Below are positions 24,166 to 37,110 of a stretch of 64,000 nt of DNA, piece after piece. The translations under genes and the position numbers were made by a program. The notes beneath the pieces were generated by a model, which was given only the letters and a program-made list of their open reading frames with translations, was not told where the DNA came from and did no database searches. The first letter of the stretch is position 1, and each line of letters begins with the position of its first letter. The stretch comes from Mizuhopecten yessoensis (Eukaryota): positions 90,790 to 154,789 of the forward strand of contig NW_018479971.1 in assembly GCF_002113885.1 (NCBI RefSeq). Reading direction: 5' to 3'.

Positions 24166-25967
24166 CAATCGAAACGCTTGAAATGTGCGCGTTCGGCATC
24201 GTCCTTGATTGTGACGTCATATAAATTTAACGTCATTAACTGAGGTCCTGCCCCCAAATGTAAAGAGATGTTGACGTTTTTTAAGTGCTGTTCTTTGCAG
24301 AGTTATTTTTCTTCTTTTGTAAGCTTTAAAGTCAATAGACATTATTATATTTATTGGTTACCCGATAAATATCATTGATATCTTACAAAATATTCACACC
24401 AATAATATTACTATAATACTACGATGATACTATTTTGTATTTTATATTTTGCTACACTCAAGAAATATTAATGATTTTTAACAGTAAATCCTTAAATATC
24501 CTCTATACATGTATATATTCAGAATGTTTTAATGTAACAAATGTAAAACCACTTGTTTTAACAATGTCGTAATGAATTCACAAAAAAATGCAAACAAAAA
24601 TCTTTTTTTTTTTGTATCAAAAAATGTCATTACAGTAGATATATTATAGATCTTATGATGAAAATGGTGAAATTTTCGTTCCGTATCCTTTTTACTTTGA
24701 TAAAAATCTCCGAAGATGGGAGATTCTAAGATTCCTTGATACTGTTCAACACGGGTATTAAAAGGAATCAAATTATATAAAACGAACTTTATATTTCTAC
24801 TCAAAATATTGAATATTTCAGAACAGGTACATATCCTTATTAGGGGATAGGGTTGATTGATATCACACACAAAAAAAACGTATTTTACATTCACACGGGA
24901 TCACAGATCCACATTATGTATATATATCAAAATACGGAAATGATATGCATATTAACTTGAATATGCATAAAATCATAGCATTATGCATCAAACTTTGTTC
25001 AGAAGCTTAAATTTCCGGCCAGCCGGTTGCTTTGAGATTTGCGATTTGTTTAAATGAAAGTGGTTTTTAAAAAATATGTAGCGATTTTCCATTTCGGATA
25101 AGGTGCTTTTTCACTAGAGTTTTTTCATGAAGTCTTCAAAACCGAAATGTCCACACTTCACTGCTGTAGCAAAAATATTATGCCTAAAGACAATGACTCC
25201 GAAAATATGTGTCATAAGTTTTGTTTATGACGATTCAAAAGTTGTCAATATAATACTCCTCGCTCGAGTGCTTTTCGAGCTAGTTAATCGATAGTTTTGT
25301 ATATGTAGGTACATATGTTACTTATTTCACCAGTGAAATATTGAGCATACTAAATATTCAAGAAAGCATTTCACTATATTGACGGTATAATATGAGAATA
25401 TATAAGAATATCATTTCAACAATGTCCAAACCTCGACAGACCTCTATAATCGAGTTACAAATGTAATTGCGTTCATAGAACGTTCCCTAACATGTACGTA
25501 CAGAGTTGATATCCTCGTCCCATTATCGTGTTCAGTTAAAAATCCCTTTTTCTTCACAGAGGAAAATGGAATGGGCATGAATATGGCCTTTTTCAAATTC
25601 AAAATATTTCACATGTTGGATACGCAAAAAAATACAATGGTCATATAAATACAGTCTTTTCCTCCCTATAGTTTTCCCTGTGTTGGAGATAGTGAGCGAA
25701 ATTTCAATCCGAATTTTCTTATTCTAGCGTCATTTTGATTTGATCATACTACACGACTATTTAACAAGTGAATGCCGTCAACAGTAAAAAAAAATATGCG
25801 GAGAATCATAGTTGAACTATTGTTTTTCACAGTACAGTTGTTGAAGAAAAAACTAATTTTCCCTTGACATCTTTTGTTAACTCTAATATAATGTCAGATT
25901 GAAACACCAGACATATCAAAGTCACACCGGATATAAATGTTATCTTATAGTAAAGCAAACACGAAAA

Positions 25968-26052
25968 TGTTTGTACATCGGATATGCATGTTTGTATACC
26001 GGATATGCATGTTTGTATACCGGATATGCATGTTTGTATACCGGATATGCAC
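25968..26052. repeat. 21-bp tandem repeat x4 downstream of the CYP stop
   Basis: (tgtttgtataccggatatgca)n. Confidence 0.85.
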
Positions 26053-26258
26053 AAACTAGTTGACTAAGGCAAGAAACATGAACAAATATTGGTTAGATTA
26101 GTATCTCAATATCTCCAAAAACGGGGAAAAATACAAGTGGGTATACTGAAACGTCCCTACCCGAGGGATATTAAATATAGGCTGTAAAGTCCCTACCCGA
26201 GGGCCACTAACGTTAGACTGTAACGTCCCTGCCCGAGGGACATTTACGGAAATATAGT

Positions 26259-26452
26259 TTACATTTTAACTGGTCTCCTCCTCTTTGCAATGAATTTGAA
26301 GGTAACAGGTCCGTGAGATATACCGTCACAGCCCAGGATCTCTGGTAAAGTGTTCGGATCCTCCGGCAAAAACTCAAAGTTCTGTACCATGCTGGTTATG
26401 AAGAGGAACAGTTCAATCTTAGCTAAGTCCTTGCCCAGGCAAATGCGGCGTC
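26259..26452 (-). CDS. Cytochrome P450 (CYP2 clan) exon 4, heme-ligand Cys and stop
   Basis: Acceptor tgtttcAG; joins to give PFSIG|RRICLGKDLA (FxxGxRxCxG); ends RRRPVKM*. Confidence 0.95.
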
Positions 26453-26720
26453 CTGAAACAGAGAAGATATCAAGTAAGATATCACGGAGGGGAAACAAAG
26501 TATGTTGCTCATTTTGATATAAATAGAGATATGTTTCTACATAATACGTATGTTGACATTGGCGTGTGACATGCCAAATATCTAAATAATTTTGTAAATA
26601 ACACATGCAACTGCGTCCATATCGCTAAGGCTCTGGGAAAGCTGGGCTTTGCTTTAAGTAAAGTATGCATTATAATTGGCTGGATTCTTTGTGCATGTAT
26701 ACACATTATACATTGCTTAC

Positions 26721-27161
26721 CAATTGAAAACGGAATTAAGCTGTTTTGAACAACATATGTTCCTTCGCTGTCAAGAAATCGTTCCGGTCTAAATGCTTCC
26801 GGGTCGTCAAAGTACTTCGGATCCTTTAAAGCGGAAGTGAGGTTCATGAGCAGAGTAGCCCCCTTTGGAATGAGATAGTCATTCACGTAGAAGTCCTTGC
26901 TGGCCGAATGTGGCCCGGAAAGGGGAGCTACATTTCCGCATCGCTGAACCTCCGAAATGAATGCCTGACAGTAGTTGAGGTGCGGATGGTCCGCCATTGT
27001 CGGTGTTCGTTCGTAACCCAGATTTGATATGATTTCATCCGCCAATTTATCCTGTACGTCTTTGTTGTGAAGCATGAACATGACAGCCCATCTGATGGTT
27101 GCGCCGGAAGTCTCAACGCCGGCCACGAAGAATTCAAACAGGACATGGAGTAGCTGGTGCT
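26721..27161 (-). CDS. Cytochrome P450 exon 3 (I-helix, K-helix, PERF)
   Basis: Acceptor ttatcAG, donor GTAAGC; motifs AGVETS, EVQR and FRPERF; 441 nt, phase 1-1. Confidence 0.96.
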
Positions 27162-27179
27162 CTGATAACAACAAACAAC

Positions 27180-28135
27180 GGGTAACATTTATAACTCTCT
27201 AAACAGTAAATAGCGGGTAACATTTATAACTCTCTTTACAGTAAATAGTGGGTAACATTTATAACTCTCTAAACAGTAAATAGTGGGTAACATTTATAAC
27301 TCTTTACACAGTAAAAAGGGGTAACATTTATAACTCTCTCCACAGTAAATAGCGGGTGACATTTATAACTCTCTTTACAGTAAATAGTGGGTAACATTTA
27401 TAACTCTCTAAACAGTAAATAGTGGGTAACATTTATAACTCTCTACACAGTAAAAAGGGGTAACATTTATAACTCTCTCCACAGTAAATAGCAGGTAAAA
27501 TTTATAACTCTCTAAACTTAGCGGGTAACATTTATAACTCTCTAAACAGAAAATAGCGGGTAACATTTATAATTCTCTAAACAGTAAATAGTGGGTAACA
27601 TTTATAACTCTCTAAACAGTAAATAGCGGGGAACATTTATAACTCTCTAAACAGTAAATAGCGGGGAACATTTATAACTCTCTAAACAGTAAATAGCGGG
27701 GAACATTTATAACTCTCTAAACAGTAAATAGCGGGGAACATTTATAACTCTCTAAACAGTAAATAGCGGGTAACATTTATAATTCTCTAAACAGTAAATA
27801 GTGGGTAACATTTATAACTCTCTAAACAGTAAATAGTGGGTAACATTTATAACTCTCTACACGGTAAATAGCAGGTAACATTTATAACTCTCTGAACAGT
27901 AAATAGCAGGTAACATTTATAACTCTCTAAACTTAGCGGGTAACATTTATAACTCTCTACACAGTAAATAGCGGGTGACATTTATAACTCTCTATAGCAC
28001 AGTAAAAAGGGGTAACATTTATAACTCTCTAAACAGTAAATAGCGGGTAACATTTATAACTCTCTACACAGTAAATAGCGGGTGACATTTATAACTCTCT
28101 AAACAGTAAATAGCGGGTGACATTTATAACTCTGT
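27180..28135. repeat. 35-bp minisatellite (~27 copies) in CYP intron 2
   Basis: (gggtaacatttataactctctaaacagtaaatagc)n. Confidence 0.95.
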
Positions 28136-28438
28136 ATACATTGTTTATTAACAGTTTTACTCAAGCGTTGATAATTTCCGGATGGAACAATATTTTTGCA
28201 TGTTATATCTATTGAAATGAAGAAAATTGTGATTTCATCTTTCGTTATGAATTTGACAGTTTCATCAACTATAGTTGTATATTTATATCAATCGCCTTAA
28301 TATCAGATATATATAACTGCATTAACGCGTGGTGAAAGGAAATACTAACAGAGAGATGGCAGGAGATATAGAGATGGTATGAGAGGTAAATAGAGGGAGG
28401 GGGGGGGACATAAAGATGGATGATTTCGAGATATTTAC

Positions 28439-28954
28439 CCGTGTATGTTGTGTCCCCCTCCTGTGATTTGGCTTCAAGCATGAAGGCGTCGATAAAATCT
28501 TCGATGTCGTCTTCGTGTTCCGGAACGCCTCCAGGTCTTTCGTCGATCAATTCTTTCAGCCATTTGAAAATATCCTCTTTATCATCTAGCATTGATTGAG
28601 CATGGAACATGTCACCGGGAAGGTATTTGAGCGCAGGAAAAAAGCAAAGGGCTTCCGAAAACCCAGAGTATAGCATGATATCATCTATAGCTTTTAAAAG
28701 TTGAATCAGTCTAGCATCATCGTGCTCAAAACGCTTGCTCATACCTAATGTCAATGTAACGTTTGTAAGACTTGTTCCAATAATCCTGCGAAGTTCCATT
28801 GGCTTTTCGTTTGCATCGTGGATGCGCTTGATATAATGAGTGACTTCGTGCTCTATTAAGCCTTCGAGTCTCTCTCTGCGAAATGATTTCCTCAGGAAAT
28901 TTAATATAAATGTCCGATGTTCCTTCCACAAATTACCAGAACTCCCACCAACAC
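28439..28954 (-). CDS. Cytochrome P450 exon 2
   Basis: Acceptor atattgcAG, donor GTAAAT; C-helix WKEHR and DFIDAFM; 516 nt, phase 1-1. Confidence 0.93.
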
Positions 28955-29488
28955 CTGCAATATCAAATATCAACACAAATATACGATACATACTGAAATT
29001 AAATTTGCGCGATCGGAAAATAAAAGGTTCATATTTCAAGAATCCTAAAAATCAAAACTCTGCATTTCTTTGCATCTAAGCAGCTCGCCTGACCCGACAG
29101 CTAGCCTTAGCCAAACGGCGTCATTTGAGATTTAAGCTACTTTTAGTTGGCAATCATAGTCAGTATGAATGCCAATTGAAAACGACAAATTCCTTCTTGA
29201 AAGTTAAAGTTTTGTCTAGTGTTCTAAAAGGAAAGAGATTGAGGAAATGACTGCAAAATACCAGTCGTTTATCAATGTCAGCATTACACTTAGTACATTG
29301 TAGCAATGGCAAATAGCATTTGTTGACACAGTGGAAATATAACAAGCAACAGACTGTAATAAATCTTTAAGAAAGTAAAGAAAAACCTCGATATAATGAC
29401 ACTCATTTTATTTGCCACTATTAGTCACGTATTTCAATGTCCCCCTTTTTAATCATATTTTCTGAACAATTTCCGTTACGCATCACCC

Positions 29489-29603
29489 TAGTCCGAATTA
29501 TTCTGACGTTTTATCGACTTTTTTATATCGGTCTGTCCTCGATTAACCGACGACAGACCGATATAAAAAAAAAGTCGATAAAACGTCAGAATAATTCGGA
29601 CTA
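29489..29603. mobile_element. 115-bp palindromic MITE with TAG...CTA ends and 9-bp TSD (AcademH-like by inference)
   Basis: TSD gcatcaccc at 29480-29488 and 29604-29612; ~50-bp near-perfect TIRs. Confidence 0.85.
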
Positions 29604-31324
29604 GCATCACCCTTGATTTATTGCCAAATCTCTTTATGACGCCAAATTGTCCCTGAACAAACTGTGGCCGTATAACGAGGTCTTCTTTTTAATGTAAAAC
29701 AGAGGGATCATAAGGTAATACACCTCCTGTAAACAAACAAATGGTGCACAGTGTATCTTGTAAAGATGTCTACCCAATACAAAAAGTTGATGTACCTAGT
29801 CAGTCGCATTATAATAAATAAGTTGTGCGTACGTGACTTATATCAGACTATTTTATTTCGGTTGGAATATCGTATGACGCAGCATACAATAGTTTGACCT
29901 ACCGATCACGAGTAAGTCTAAAGGCGTGGGCGACCGTATTTTATAATGGCGTGCCGAAGAAAAGTAATGAATGGACCAACGACACAAGCTGACACAATGG
30001 TACCAGTGGCCTATTGTACGGAAACGCTCCGTCGACTGTGTTTACATAGGGATACTTATACGGTAGCATCATCAACTTCAAAGAGGAAGGTTCGTATTAC
30101 CTATACATGATACGGGGTACATGCAATATTTGTAAATATCAGGCATGCCCTTACAGTCACACCAGTATATCAGACGAGAGGCAGTTGGTAGGGACAATAA
30201 GCAGACTGGAAAGTCACGTGGACATATATAGAACCTGGTCAGGGGTTTCCGAGTGCAAAAGGTATATAGCTAGACCGTGTTATCATTAGTTATGCCCTCG
30301 GAAAATAATTTGTGAACTGCTTTGAGACAACCTTCGAACTAGGTTGTGATAAAGCGGTATATTAGATCCTCAATTCAAACTGAGAGTAGCAATATTTACA
30401 GAGATTTTTGTCTTTATCTTTCTACCTGTTTAGATGAGACAGCATGTTTACCAGACCAAGACGCAGTTGTATGGCCTAGACTAAACTAAAGCAGAAGCGT
30501 GCGGCGAACTGTTTATTTATCATCTAGGGTAACAGATTTTATATATCAATGTTATTATTAAATCTACAAATGTACTATTACAGGATTTCAGCTAACGAGC
30601 CAGAAAATACACAACTCCACTCTAGTGCAAAATGAATTATTGTTAAGATAACGAACAAAAAGCCACACCAAATATCAATCCTTTGAGAATTATGTCACAT
30701 CTTGAACACCACTCAATGGAAAGAACTAAATATTGTCGTGAGAAAAAATATCAAACAATTTCAGTAGCGTTATAACGGACTTCGGGAAAATTCACTGAAA
30801 TAATGTAAAAATGCATGAGTTATAGGGGAAAATATACGATTCCAACCTTTAATTTGGCACAGTACTATATTTTAAAAAGTACCTGTAACAATCATGCAGA
30901 GCTTTTATTTAAATGAAATAATTGTATTGTGTGTATTGCATATACATTTGTACTTATATATGGAGTGTGATGAGAAGAAAAGAAAAAAGATAATGACAAT
31001 AATAAAAAACATAAAATACTCATCTCGTGCATCTTGAATGATTATAAAAAATGCTTAAAGAAGCCATTTTAGTCGACAAATTATCAAATGATATATAAGC
31101 TTAAATTGTATTTATTCAGTTTAATATTATGGATCTGCTAACTTGTGACCAGGCGGACCATTGTAGTAATGTTATATATGTGACCCCAGGCTCTGACCGC
31201 AACATAGAGCTGTGATCCTGGCTATCTCTAATTCTTCAAATAATGCGAAGTGGTTGGGAGGTAAATTAGAAAAAAAGGCTGCACAATAACAACAACTACA
31301 AACCTACAATCACTACAACTGCGA

Positions 31325-34300
31325 ACCCACCATGATACCAGCTACATACCAACCATGATTACAGCTACATACCAACCATGATAACAGCTACATACCAACC
31401 ATGATGAATGCTACATACCAACCATGATAACATGTACATACAACCATGATAATAGCTACATACTAACCATGATAACAGCATCATACCAACCATTGTAACA
31501 GCTACATATCATCCATAATTACAGCTACATACCAACCATGATAACAGCTACATACAAACCATGATACCAGCTACATACCAACCATGATTACAGCTACATA
31601 CCAACCAAGATAACAGCTACATACCAACCATGATAACATGTACATACCAACCATGATAACAGCATCATACCTAACAGCTACATACCAACCTACCAACCAT
31701 GGAACAGCTACATACCATCCATAATTACAGCTACATACCAACCATGATAACAGCTACATACCAACCATGATAACATGTACATACCAACCATGATAACAGC
31801 TACATACAAACCATGATACCAGCTACATACCAACCATGATTACATCATCATACCAACTATGATAACGGCTACATACCAATCATGATAACAGCTACATACC
31901 AACCATGATAACATCATCATACCAACTATGATAACAGCTACATACCAACCATGATACCAGCTACATACCAACCATGATTACAGCTACATACTAACCAAGA
32001 TAACAGCTACATACCAACCATGATAACATCATCATACCAACTATGATAACAGCTACATACCAACCATGATAACAGCTACATAGTAACCATGATAACAGCA
32101 TCATACCAACCATGGAACAGCTACATACCATCCATAATTACAGCTACATACCAACCATGATTACAGCTACATACTAACCAAGATAACAGCTACATACCAA
32201 CCATGATAACATGTACATACCAACCGTGATAACAGCATCATACTAACCATGATATTATGTACATACCAACCATGATAACAGCTACATACTAACCATGATA
32301 ACAGCATCATGCCAACCATGATAACAGCATCATACCAACTATGTTAACAGCTACATACCAATCATGATAACAGCTACATACCAACCATGATAACAGCATC
32401 ATACCAACTATGTTAACAGCTACATACCAATCATGATAACAGCTACATACCAACCATGATGACAGCTACATACCAACCATGATAACAGCTACTAACATGT
32501 ACATACCAACCATGATAACAGCATAATACCAACCATGATAAAAGCTACATACCAACCATGATGACAGCTACATACCAACCATGATAACAGCTACTAACAT
32601 GTACATACCAACCATGATAACAGCATCATACCAACTATGGTAACAGCTACATACCAATCATGAGAAAATCTACATACCAACCATGATAACATCATCATAC
32701 CAACTATGATAACAGCTACATACCAACCATGATACCAGCTACAAACCAATCATGATTACAGCTACATACCAACCATGATAACAACTACATACCAACCATA
32801 GTTATAGCTACATAACAACCATGATAACAGCTACATACCAACCATGATTACAGCTACATACTAACCAAGATAACAGCTACATACCAACCATGGTAACATG
32901 TACATACCAACCGTGATAACAGCACCATACTAACCATGATATTATGTACATACCAACCATGATTACAGCTTCATACCATCCATAATTACAGCTTCATACC
33001 ACCCATGATAACAGCTACATCCCAACCATGATAATATGTACATACCAACCATGATAACAGCTTCATACTAACCATGATAACAGCATCATACCAACCATGA
33101 AAACAGCATCATACCAACTATGGTAACAGCTACATACCAATCATGAGAAAATCTACATACCAACCATGATAACATCATCATACCAACTATGATAACAGCT
33201 ACATACCAACCATGATTACAGCTACATACCAACCATGATAACAACTACATACCAACCATAGTTATAGCTACATAACAACCATGATAACAGCTACATACCA
33301 ACCATGCTAATATGTACATACCAACCATGATAACAGCTTCATACTAACCATGATAACAGCATCATACCAACCATTGTAACAGCCACATATCATCCATAAT
33401 TACAGCTACATACCAACCATGATAACAGCTACTAACATGTACATACCAACCATGATAACAGCATAATACCAACCATGATAAAAGCTACATACCAACCATG
33501 ATGACAGCTACATACCAACCATGATAACAGCTACTAACATGTACATACCAACCATGATAACAGCATCATACTAACCATGATAACAGCATCATACCAACCA
33601 TGAAAACAGCATCATACCAACTATGGTAACAGCTACATACCAACCATGATAACATCATCATACCAACTATGGTAACAGCTACATACCAACCATGATAACA
33701 TCATCATACCAACTATGGTAACAGCTACATACCAATCATGATAACAGCTACATACCAACCATGATAATAGCTACATACTAACCATGATAACAGCAAACCG
33801 TGATAACAGCATCATACTAACCATGATATTATGTACATACCAACCATGATAACAGCTACATACCAACCAAGATAACAGCTACATACCAACCATGATAACA
33901 TCATCATACCAACTATGGTAACAGCTACATACCAACCATGATAACATCTACATACCAACCATGATTACAGCTACATACTAACCATGATAACAGCTACATA
34001 CCAACCATGAGAACATGTACATACCAACCATGATAACAGCTACATAGTAACCATGATAACAGCATCATACCAACCATGATAACATCATCATACCAACTAT
34101 GATAACAGCTACATACCAACCATGATTACAGCGACACACCAACCATGATAACAGCTACATACCAACCATGGTAACAGCTACATACCAACTATGATAACAT
34201 CATCATACCAACTATGGTAACAGCTACATACCAATCATGATAAAATCTATATACCAACCATGATAACAGCTACATACCAACCATGCTAATATGTACATAC

Positions 34301-34515
34301 CAACCATGATAACAGCTTCATACTAACCATGATAACAGCATCATACCAACCATGAAAACAGCATCATACCAACTATGGTAACAGCTACATACCAATCATG
34401 AGAAAATCTACATACCAACCATGATAACATCATCATACCAACTATGGTAACAGCTACATACCAATCATGATAACAGCTACATACCAACCATGATAACAGC
34501 TACATACCAACCACC
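31325..34515. repeat. 23-bp minisatellite (~135 copies) in CYP intron 1
   Basis: (accaaccatgataacagctacat)n with interspersed variant units. Confidence 0.96.
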
Positions 34516-35331
34516 ACTACAGTAACAAACCCAACAAGATTACAACTCCTTACCGACTTAAATAACAGTTACAAACCCGTAATCATTATCTCATCCTCGA
34601 TATTCAGGGGTTACGCTCATGTGCGCTCTCTACACATCTGGACTGATGCAACATATTCTGATATCGTTAAATATATGACGAGTAATTTAAGGATTGTATT
34701 TATCATAATTACGGATCATTTCACGGACTTGTGTGGCTCAATAAGCTTCATTTTATTTGTCCGCTACTGTGAAGTTTTATTATTTCTAATGAATGTACTA
34801 AGTAGATCATTAAAAAAGGCAATCATATCGTTGTTAATAAATCAAAGTGTGGTATTGTAAGTGTAACACTGACGCAGAGAGTCTAATTATAGAGATGATT
34901 GAATCCATTCAATATTATACTAGAATACATAAACATATTGTATCGTTTCGATATATGATTAACCTGCTGATTGGCGTCGAGCATATTCTTATTTGTTTTC
35001 ATCATTAATTACAATAAAATTTAAATAGTACCTGGTCAGACATTTCAACATACGAACAAGTAATCAGTACACAAACAAGCAAATTCATGGAATGTATACC
35101 CTCAGCTTGCAGGACATATTGTAGGTAAACATTATTGAGGTTAGGTTTAAACATGTGAAAATCGTGCTGTTGAGACATAATGTATAGCTTGAAACTTGAA
35201 GAAAACAATACACTCTATACCTCATTGATTATCCGTAAATATGCACAAATCACATCGGTTGGCAATATAACTTAGCATGAGTTGGATGTGCATAAGGATT
35301 TTGGTTGAAACATCTTAACATTATCTACAGC

Positions 35332-36489
35332 AACAAGTACTAATTGTAATGGGAGACCATTACAGATGTCCCCTAAACTGCCCCGATAGTCGCAAAGATG
35401 CATCAGAAAAGGATCGCATTGCCATAGTACACCTACAATATACATACTAAATTTGAGTGAAATTGAGCAATTTCTAAATTGCAACCAATCAGAATCCTCT
35501 GTGTAGTTGCTATGGCAACGGAAAGTATGCGATTGAATTTTCAGTCCCCTAATACCCCTATATACCAATTTTCATCGAAATCAAACAATATCTAAATTGC
35601 GACCAATCAGAAGCCTCCGTGTGGTTGCTATGGTAACGAAACTTATGCGGTTTTATTCGCAGTCCCCTAATATACCTATATACCAATTTTCATAAAAAAT
35701 CGACCAATATCTGAAATTTCACCAATCAGAAGCCTTCTTGCGGTTGCTATATGGTTGCTATTGAAACGAACCCTATGCGGTTGAATTCGCAGTACCTTAA
35801 TATCCGTATATACCAATTTTCATCTGAATCGAACAATATCTAAATTTCGACCAATCATAAGCATCCATGTGGTTGCTATGGTAACGAAACTTATGCGGTT
35901 TTATTCGCAGTCCCCTAAAACCCCTATATATCATTTTTCATAAAAAATAAAATTAAAAAATCTAAATTTCGACCAATAAGAAGCGCCTCCATTTAGTTGC
36001 TATGACAACGAACCCTATGCGGTTGAATTCGCAGTCCCCTTATACCCCAAGATACCAATTCTCATCAAAATCTAACAATACCTTAATTTCCACTAATCAG
36101 AAGCCTTTGTGTTGTTGCTATGGCAACGAAACTAATGCGGTTGAATTCGCAGTCCCCTAATATCCCTATATATACCAATTTTCATCAAAATCGAAACAAG
36201 TTTGAACAAAATCGGTTAACATTTATTGTAGTTATTGCACGGAAACGAAACGCGGCAGATAATGACGTTTCATTTTTCAAGGGGCCATAACTCCGCCAAA
36301 TGGGGTCTGCTGAAAGTGGTCATCGAACTTGGCCGAGCCCTTAAGGCATTTAACCCTGTGACCAAGTTTGAAGAAAATCGGTTAACATTTGTTGTAGTTA
36401 TTGCACGGAAACGAAGCGTGACAGACAGACGGACAGACGGGCAGACCCATATTAATATCCCCCGTTTCGGTGAAAGCGGGGGATAATAA
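35332..36489 (+). mobile_element. Non-autonomous Helentron-associated element (HINE/DINE-1-like) with internal ~120-bp tandem repeats
   Basis: 5' aacaag plus short hairpin tgtaatgg-gaga-ccattaca and gatgtcccc; six ~120-bp repeats; (gaca/gacg)n microsatellite at about 36420; 3' hairpin tatcccccg...cgggggata followed by ataa. Confidence 0.8.
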
Positions 36490-36623
36490 GTACAATTATA
36501 ATATAAGACAGTCCAAGCAAGTACTATGAAATAGAAAAATAAAAACCGTTACAATAAAATTGACATGAAACACCTCGATTCTATCCGATTCAATCCCAAA
36601 CCCGTATAGCATACAGCACTTAC

Positions 36624-36969
36624 CATATCCCTTCTGTATCGACTTGATGAAGAAGCTCTGAGGAGGTCTGTTCGTTGTCGCATCACCTTTCTTGACAAAA
36701 ACTTCACGGATAAGGTCATACCCGCTGAAGATGACACATTTCGTTGTTCCAAATGTCAGGCAGACGATGTCTCCAAACTCAGCCCGAAGCCGTTTGTACA
36801 CTGCTAGCTTGTCCGTAGGTACGAGGACCAAGGAGTTCCCAAGTATAGGCAGCGGGGTAGGGCCAGGCGGTAGGTGGACATCGCGCCGGGATCGCAGGAT
36901 AAGAGAAATGACCATACAGGCCAAAACGACGCAGATTCCGCCAGTGACCAGGAACGTGACTGACAGCAT
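36624..36969 (-). CDS. Cytochrome P450 exon 1 (ER anchor, proline hinge); full CDS 1497 nt = 498 aa, CYP2-clan-like
   Basis: Hydrophobic N-terminus, basic linker, PPGPTPLPILGN hinge and NRP; donor GTAAGT at 36623, phase 1. All four exons join in frame. Confidence 0.95.
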
Positions 36970-36986
36970 TGTGATGACGTGGAAGA

Positions 36987-37110
36987 GAATGGTGAGAAAA
37001 GATGATAGCTGCCGTTTATATAGCTGTCAGATAATAAAGGGTTGGTATGCAAAGCAGCTATCGCAAGCATTTTCTGAATGAAGGGTTCAAGTGTATTCCA
37101 CGTGACCTTA
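36987..37110 (-). promoter_or_regulatory. CYP core promoter: TATA box, Inr-like element, E-box and nuclear-receptor half-sites
   Basis: TATATAAA (minus, 37022-37015) lies 32 nt upstream of CCATTC (A at 36990). GGTCACGTGG is at about 37098-37107, with half-sites GGTTCA (37084-37089) and TGACCT (37103-37108). Confidence 0.6.

Noticed and set aside
27180-28135. Common origin of the intron-2 35-mer and the 50-57 kb 35-mer
   Set aside because: Only ggtaacatt is shared (on opposite strands), which is insufficient beyond chance.
28269-29039. ORF-track N- and C-terminal extensions of the CYP pieces
   Set aside because: They are intronic read-through beyond the splice sites defined above.
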